A stretch of 62,941 bases of DNA, counting the filler, from Anaerolineae bacterium (GTDB taxonomy: Bacteria; Chloroflexota; Anaerolineae; Epilineales; Epilineaceae), in NCBI GenBank assembly GCA_029262755.1. It is 5 parts of 5 records of this genome, joined end to end, with 100 filler letters (N's around TTAATTAATTAA, not from the genome) between each part and the next. Parts side by side here need not be neighbours in the genome. Positions count along the whole stretch, not along the records: positions 51,900 to 62,941 come from JAJCYU010000066.1; 4 more parts are not named here. The stretch is one strand, 5' to 3'. How positions within the stretch are numbered: position 1 is the first letter of the stretch; every line of letters begins with the position of its first letter. A program made the position numbers and the translations under genes. Below are positions 57,806 to 62,941 of this stretch, piece after piece. The notes under the pieces are model-generated. The model searched no databases. It saw only the letters and a list, made by a program, of their open reading frames with translations, and was not told the DNA's origin.

Positions 57806-60800
57806 TTGCGGAGCGAAACACTGGTTCGCCTTCAGGTCTTGGGGCCAATGGCCGTCGTTTATCAGGGAGCGACCGTGGTGCTTCCCAAGCGTCGCGACAG
57901 TCGGGCCCTGTTGGCTGCTCTCGCGATCGAGTCCAACCACTGGTTGGAGCGGCAGACGTTGGCGGCACGACTTTGGCCCGCCGACGAGCCTCGAAGCGCA
58001 CGCAGCAAGCTACGGCGGCACATCTCGGACGTGCGTGCCTGGCTTGCGACGGTGGAGGCGGCAGACCATCTTGAGACCATTCAAGGCCGAGTGCGATTGT
58101 GCGTAGGTCCCGGATTCCGAGTTGACCTCGGGGACGCGCCCCTCGGGTTGGACGGTCCCATTGCGGCCCAAGAAATCGTAGGTTGGCTAAGCGATCACGA
58201 TATTCGACTCCTCCCTGATTTGGAAGGCGCGTGGGTTGAGACGGCGAGGCAGCATTTCGAGCAGCAGCTAGATGCAGTTCTCCCACGGGCCATTGACGAG
58301 TTGGTCGCGCGACAGGACATTGTCAGCGCACTAGCCATCGCCACCCAATGGCACAGGCTAGACAGGACCGCGGAGCAGCGCTACCAGGCACTCATCTGGC
58401 TGACTGCAAGCCTGGGTGACTTTGAAGAGTCAGCACGCTGGTTTGTTCGGGCGAGCGAGGCCCTGGCTAGTTCGCTGGCGCTTGAAGTTTCGCATGCATC
58501 GAAGGATCTCCACAACGCGATCCAACGTGGACTAGAGCCGCCCTGGACCCCGTTGCGTCCGAGGAGTGAGGAGTTCCCAGATCGTGCCAATGGTCCGGGT
58601 CTTCCTGCATTGCAAGGGGAGCTGTTCGGCAGAGAGCAAGACTTGGAGCGAGCGCGATTACGCTTATCACGCGTCGGACGCATGACCGTTGTGGGTACCG
58701 GAGGCGTTGGCAAGACCTCGCTTGCATTGCGCTTGGCACATCGGATGAGCACCCGCTATCCGGATGGCGTGGGGTGGGTAGATCTCTCGGCACTTAGCGA
58801 GCCTCGACTCGTTGCGCAACATGTCCTCGAGTCGTTTGGCCTGGAAACACCGCCCGGCCAGGATGAGCGAGTACGGTTATCCTCGTTCGTCATGCAGCAC
58901 CGCGCGCTGATCGTGCTCGACAATTGCGAGCACTTAGTGGGCCACGTCCAAGAATTGGTGAATTGGGTGTGGGCACCCGGTGCTACGGTTCACTTGCTTG
59001 CCACAAGCAGAATTGCTGTCGGGTATGGCTCTGAGGAAGTATTGAACCTAGAGCCATTGCCTTGGGAGTCTGGAGATGTAGGGCGGATCGGCCCTGCTCA
59101 GGAACTTCTGCTAGCGCGAGTACGCATGGCGCGTGGAGGTAAAGAGGCTGGAAAATCTGAGCGCGCGGCAGCCGCCCGCGTCGCTGAGCGCCTCGAGGGT
59201 ATCCCGCTGGCTCTCGAATTGGCCGCCGCGCGAACGACCTTCACCGGCCTAGATCAGGTCGCGGAGCTGCTCGATCGATACTTCGAGGTGCTCGTAGACC
59301 GACGACGTGATCGTGACGATCGCCAAAGAACCATGTGGTCAGCAATCGACTGGAGTTGGCGCCTACTCGAGGCCGAACAGCAGCGGCTCCTTGCCGTGAC
59401 AGGCGTGTTTCGCGGAAGCTTCGACACATCGGCAGCGGTCGAGATCGCCGGAGCCCTGAGAACGGGGCGCACTCCACGCTGGACGGGCGAGGCGCCGGCC
59501 ATGCGTGAGGAACGCGAAGCGGCGAAGCAGGTTGCGAGTGGCCTGGACACTTTGACCGCACATTCGATGGTCACACGGATCGTTGGGTCCGATGGGGCGT
59601 TGCGCTATCGAGTTCTGGAACCGATCCGAAGATTTGCCGTTGCCCGACTGGAAGAGGCGGGCCAGTTGGAGATCACGACGCGTGGCCATGCTGCGTACTT
59701 CGCAGAGTTGTGCATCGCGGCCCGTGCTGGAATGGCTAGTGAGCAGCGACCTACGTGGCACGCACGACTAGATCTCGAATTGGATAACATTCGCCACGCC
59801 ATGGTGGGCCTGGGTCTCCCAGAAGCACTCGATCGCAGATTGCAAGTAGGAACGAGCTTGTTCCGCTATTGGTACGCTAAAGGACTCTTCCACTGGGAGT
59901 TTGACTGGCTGCGCGAAAGTGTCGTGCTCGCTCAAAGGGTTGCTTCGGTACCTGATGAGACCATTGCTTCCGGGCTTCACATGCTCGGCGCCGTCGAGTA
60001 CGCAAAGGGCCAATTTTCGGAAGCGGTTGAGTTCTTCAATCGCAGCATCGACCAATCCAGAATCCTTGGCGATGATCATGCCCTTTCCAAGAGTCTGGTA
60101 ATGCGCGCCTACTGCCGGACCTTCGTTGGTCAGACAGTCCAGGCGAGAGAGGATGCCGAGGAGGCCGAACGTAGAGCTGGGAAAAACCTCGGCCTACGGA
60201 TTCAGGCTTTGGATGCTCAAGGATTCATCGACCGCAGACAGGGTCGATACGCAAACGCCCGTGCGAGCATGATGCGAGCGCTACAGCTTCATCGGGATTC
60301 AGACAGTCCCCCTGACGAGCAATTCGCCACCATCTCAAATTTGGGATGGACAGCATGGCGCACAGGGGAAATGGACGAGGCATTAGACTGGTTTCGCGAG
60401 GCACGGATGGTGGCCGAGACAGTTGACAGCAACCCGATGCGCATCGAGGCCGCAGCAGGCGAAGCCGAAGCGAATCTTTGCCTTTGTAGGCTCAAAGATG
60501 CGGATGGCCTGGCGCGCGAGGCTTTGGAGTTGTCGCGCGAGGTCGGGGACGTGTTCGGTGAAGCAAATGCCCTCACGGTGCTCGGATTGCTCGAATTCGC
60601 TCAAGAAAACTGGACGAAGGCGCGCGTCTTGTTTCGCCGAGCGGAGGTCGCATATCGAGGAATTGAGGGGGGAGGCGGGTTGGCGACAACCCGTTGCTAT
60701 CGAGCCGAGTTGGCAGATCGTATTGGGGACGTAGCGACTTGGCACTCGGGCGAATTGGACAGGCAGACGTTGGCTGTAGAAATCGACGACCCTCACGCTG

Positions 60801-61195
60801 CTGCCAAGATTCTGCGACGCGACGGCTGGATGTCCCATTTCGCGGGTCATGAGGACGCTGCAGTCCAGAGATTGATCGAAAGCCTCCGCATGCACATCGA
60901 CCTCGGCGAACGCTTCGAGACCGCCCGCTGTTTCGAAGCGGTCGGCCGGCTGCTTGCGCGCAGCGCACGTCCCCGCCTTGCCGCAGGCGCCCTGGACGCC
61001 GGCGCGGCCTTGCGCGACGAGATCGGTGCTCGACCGTGGCCCGCGGACGTGTCCGCCGTTGCAGAGGCGCGCGAAACGATTGACAGCCTATTGTCCGACG
61101 ACGCCGGAAGTCGTCTCGACGACGCGTCGTCGCCGGCTCCGGTCGGCGCAGAGGCCGTAGTGGCATGGCTCGAAACGGCGTCGGCGCGATCTTGA
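57806..61195 (+). CDS. AfsR/SARP-like STAND regulator 2 (wHTH-BTAD-NB-ARC-TPR)
   Basis: Full-length paralogue of regulator 1: LQVLGPM, GTGGVGKT, VLDNCEH, LEGIPLALELAA, RLQVGTSLFRYWYA; start uncertain (TTG 57806 assumed). Confidence 0.9.
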   Translation: MRSETLVRLQVLGPMAVVYQGATVVLPKRRDSRALLAALAIESNHWLERQTLAARLWPADEPRSARSKLRRHISDVRAWLATVEAADHLETIQGRVRLCVGPGFRVDLGDAPLGLDGPIAAQEIVGWLSDHDIRLLPDLEGAWVETARQHFEQQLDAVLPRAIDELVARQDIVSALAIATQWHRLDRTAEQRYQALIWLTASLGDFEESARWFVRASEALASSLALEVSHASKDLHNAIQRGLEPPWTPLRPRSEEFPDRANGPGLPALQGELFGREQDLERARLRLSRVGRMTVVGTGGVGKTSLALRLAHRMSTRYPDGVGWVDLSALSEPRLVAQHVLESFGLETPPGQDERVRLSSFVMQHRALIVLDNCEHLVGHVQELVNWVWAPGATVHLLATSRIAVGYGSEEVLNLEPLPWESGDVGRIGPAQELLLARVRMARGGKEAGKSERAAAARVAERLEGIPLALELAAARTTFTGLDQVAELLDRYFEVLVDRRRDRDDRQRTMWSAIDWSWRLLEAEQQRLLAVTGVFRGSFDTSAAVEIAGALRTGRTPRWTGEAPAMREEREAAKQVASGLDTLTAHSMVTRIVGSDGALRYRVLEPIRRFAVARLEEAGQLEITTRGHAAYFAELCIAARAGMASEQRPTWHARLDLELDNIRHAMVGLGLPEALDRRLQVGTSLFRYWYAKGLFHWEFDWLRESVVLAQRVASVPDETIASGLHMLGAVEYAKGQFSEAVEFFNRSIDQSRILGDDHALSKSLVMRAYCRTFVGQTVQAREDAEEAERRAGKNLGLRIQALDAQGFIDRRQGRYANARASMMRALQLHRDSDSPPDEQFATISNLGWTAWRTGEMDEALDWFREARMVAETVDSNPMRIEAAAGEAEANLCLCRLKDADGLAREALELSREVGDVFGEANALTVLGLLEFAQENWTKARVLFRRAEVAYRGIEGGGGLATTRCYRAELADRIGDVATWHSGELDRQTLAVEIDDPHAAAKILRRDGWMSHFAGHEDAAVQRLIESLRMHIDLGERFETARCFEAVGRLLARSARPRLAAGALDAGAALRDEIGARPWPADVSAVAEARETIDSLLSDDAGSRLDDASSPAPVGAEAVVAWLETASARS

Positions 61196-61199
61196 AGGC

Positions 61200-61343
61200 C
61201 TGACCTTTTTGCTTTCCCCTCGACGTGACGGCGGACCCCTCCAGCGCTGTGTGCGCCTCAGGGGCCCGCCCGTCTTTCACTCCAAATCCAAATCAAAGCT
61301 TCAAGCCGCGTTCGTCTGTGTTGCCTCCCGCTCCCGTTTCCAT
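61200..61343 (-). ncRNA. candidate small RNA or leaderless 16-aa peptide transcript
   Basis: Downstream of promoter 3; hairpin 61227-61274 has G-U pairs on the minus strand but A-C mismatches on the plus strand; ATG at 61343 opens METGAGGNTDERGLKL. Confidence 0.4.
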
Positions 61344-61349
61344 GATTGG

Positions 61350-61383
61350 ATACTACGGCCCCACCGTTGCAAGAGCGTCGCAT
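61350..61383 (-). promoter_or_regulatory. putative SARP-activated promoter 3 (divergent from regulator 3)
   Basis: Minus strand: ATGCGACGC (61383-61375), TTGCAACGG (61372-61364, 11-bp period), 8 nt, TAGTAT (61355-61350). Confidence 0.65.
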
Positions 61384-61498
61384 CGCGGAACTGCGGCGCT
61401 CCCGTAGAGCGCGGGACGACGATTCGAACCCTGCTACCATCCTCGAATCGATCCTCGTCGGTTTGTGCCCGGCGGGGAAGCTTTCGCACGGAGACTGG

Positions 61499-62941
61499 AT
61501 GGCCAAGTACCCAGGAGCAGGATCGGGAGAAAGTTCGGGCGATGGAGCGGACAAGGCTCCAATTCGCATCCAAGTCCTCGGACCGTTCCAGGTCTACGTC
61601 GGCGACGAGGCGTTGCCGCCGCCGCGCCGATCGCAAACACTGCGCGTGCTTGCCTACTTGCTGCTCCACCCGGAGAAGCCGCTCGAACGGGCTGCGTTGG
61701 CGGAGACGTTGTGGCCCGACGAAGATGGCGCCAAGGCGCGCTTCAACCTTCGTCACGCGATCCATGCCATCAAGGGCTATCTGCCCAAATCGGACGACGG
61801 CGACGAATGGATCGAGTCCGATCGCCAGACGGTGCGCTGGACGCCGGATGATCGCGTGCGGCTCGATATCGACCAGCTCGCGCACGGGCGCGAGATCGCG
61901 GAGGGCGATACGCCGGCGGTAGCCCTTGTAGAGCCCTTGCAGCAAGCAGCGGATGGCTACGGCGGCCCCTTCTTGCCGGCGATCGAGGACGACTGGGCGC
62001 GAAACGTGCGTGCCAGGGCGGCGGAGGACCTCACGATCGTGCTGGAGCGCCTGCTGCGGTTGCACGAGCGAGATGGCCGAACCGACGCCGCGGTGGAAGT
62101 GGGACGGCGATTGCTTGCGCACGATGGCACCCGCGAGACCGCGTACCGGGCGATGATGCGCGTGCATGCCGGGCGTGGCGACCGGGCGGCGGCGCTGCGG
62201 CTCTATCAGGCTTGCGTGGAGCTGCTGCGCGATGAGATGGGCGTGGAGCCCTCCGAGGAAACGGAGGCGCTCGCGGAGTCCATACGGCAAGGCGACGAGG
62301 TGGCGCACGTCGACGAGGCGGCCACGGGCAGTGCAACGACCGCCGGAACAGGGACTCACGCTATCGCACCGCCGTCATGGCCTTGGCCGCTGATCGACCA
62401 GATGGGCCGACGTCAGGCGTTGGCCGCGTGTATCGCGCGATCGCGCCTCGTGACGGTCACGGGGCCCGCGGGCGTCGGCAAGAGCCGGCTCGCCGCGGCC
62501 GTCGCGACCGACGCTGCGGGGATGGACGATCCCGAAGGGCAGGTAGTCTGGTGCGATCTTGAATTCGAGTTTCCCGACGGAGGCAACGTGCTTGCAGCCA
62601 TCGCGACAGCCGCGGGCCTACCTGCGGACGCCGGTGATCCTGTTCGCGTTCTGGCGTCGGTCGTAGAGGACGACCCCTGGTTGATCGTCCTCGACGACGC
62701 CGATGCCGTGCTCGACGAGATCGTACCGGCGTGGAACGCGCTCTCGCGCGCCATGCCTGCGTTGCGCGTTGTGATCACCAGCCGCGAGGCGTTGCGGATT
62801 CAGGACGAAGAGGTCTTCCACGTTGCGCGACTCGATGAACGGGATGGCGATGCACCACCGCTCGCACGCGGGCCCGAATTGGAGAGCGCCTCGCTGCTGG
62901 ATGCCGTGGTACGGGAGTTGGCGCCGGCCAAGATGCCGACG
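61499..62941 (+). CDS. AfsR/SARP-like STAND regulator 3 (3' truncated; absent from ORF track)
   Basis: GGAGA RBS, ATG 61499; hand translation gives IRIQVLGPF, RVLAYLLLHPEKPLERAALAETLWPD, RETAYRAMMR, GPAGVGKS, LIVLDDAD, VITSRE; open to window end. Confidence 0.9.
   Translation, partial: MAKYPGAGSGESSGDGADKAPIRIQVLGPFQVYVGDEALPPPRRSQTLRVLAYLLLHPEKPLERAALAETLWPDEDGAKARFNLRHAIHAIKGYLPKSDDGDEWIESDRQTVRWTPDDRVRLDIDQLAHGREIAEGDTPAVALVEPLQQAADGYGGPFLPAIEDDWARNVRARAAEDLTIVLERLLRLHERDGRTDAAVEVGRRLLAHDGTRETAYRAMMRVHAGRGDRAAALRLYQACVELLRDEMGVEPSEETEALAESIRQGDEVAHVDEAATGSATTAGTGTHAIAPPSWPWPLIDQMGRRQALAACIARSRLVTVTGPAGVGKSRLAAAVATDAAGMDDPEGQVVWCDLEFEFPDGGNVLAAIATAAGLPADAGDPVRVLASVVEDDPWLIVLDDADAVLDEIVPAWNALSRAMPALRVVITSREALRIQDEEVFHVARLDERDGDAPPLARGPELESASLLDAVVRELAPAKMPT

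Noticed and set aside
61220..61280. Hairpin as simply the regulator 2 terminator
   Set aside because: Not excluded, but the plus-strand stem has two A-C mismatches and only a TTT tail, so it was not called as a terminator
53458..62941. STAND-TPR proteins as Avs-type anti-phage defence
   Set aside because: N-termini are wHTH-BTAD transcription modules, with no nuclease, TIR, SIR2 or protease effector visible

Overview
High-GC bacterial sequence, most likely a Chloroflexota (Anaerolineae/Ardenticatenia-like) genome. That assignment is an inference from recurring [IVT][YF]LPxxxR surface-protein motifs, Pro/Thr linkers and a DUF5667/DUF5666-type anti-sigma locus. The window is five contigs joined by artificial N-TTAATTAATTAA-N linkers (1-10780, 10881-19761, 19862-37891, 37992-51799, 51900-62941), so adjacency across linkers means nothing. 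Housekeeping content: coaE, metG, isoaspartyl peptidase, a DtxR-family repressor divergent from an Fe3+ ABC transporter, an FMN riboswitch with ribD-ribE-ribB-ribH, prs and RNase HI. There are many large secreted proteins. The most striking region is 52595-62941, a tandemly duplicated cassette. Each copy has a TGCAACG box exactly 8 nt upstream of a -10 hexamer, a conserved ~160-nt leader with compensatory base-pairing and GACG-loop hairpins, a secreted 8-Cys mini-protein, a conserved perfect hairpin and an AfsR/SARP-type wHTH-BTAD-NB-ARC-TPR regulator. A third regulator (absent from the ORF track) follows, with a third box/-10 promoter pointing away from it into a short minus-strand structured transcript. 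Other notable items: an anti-sigma factor with five tandem N-terminal repeats, a cohesin-cohesin-dockerin cluster, a two-copy palindromic element and an FMN aptamer with a 26-nt hairpin inserted in L2. All family assignments come from motif recognition, not database searches.
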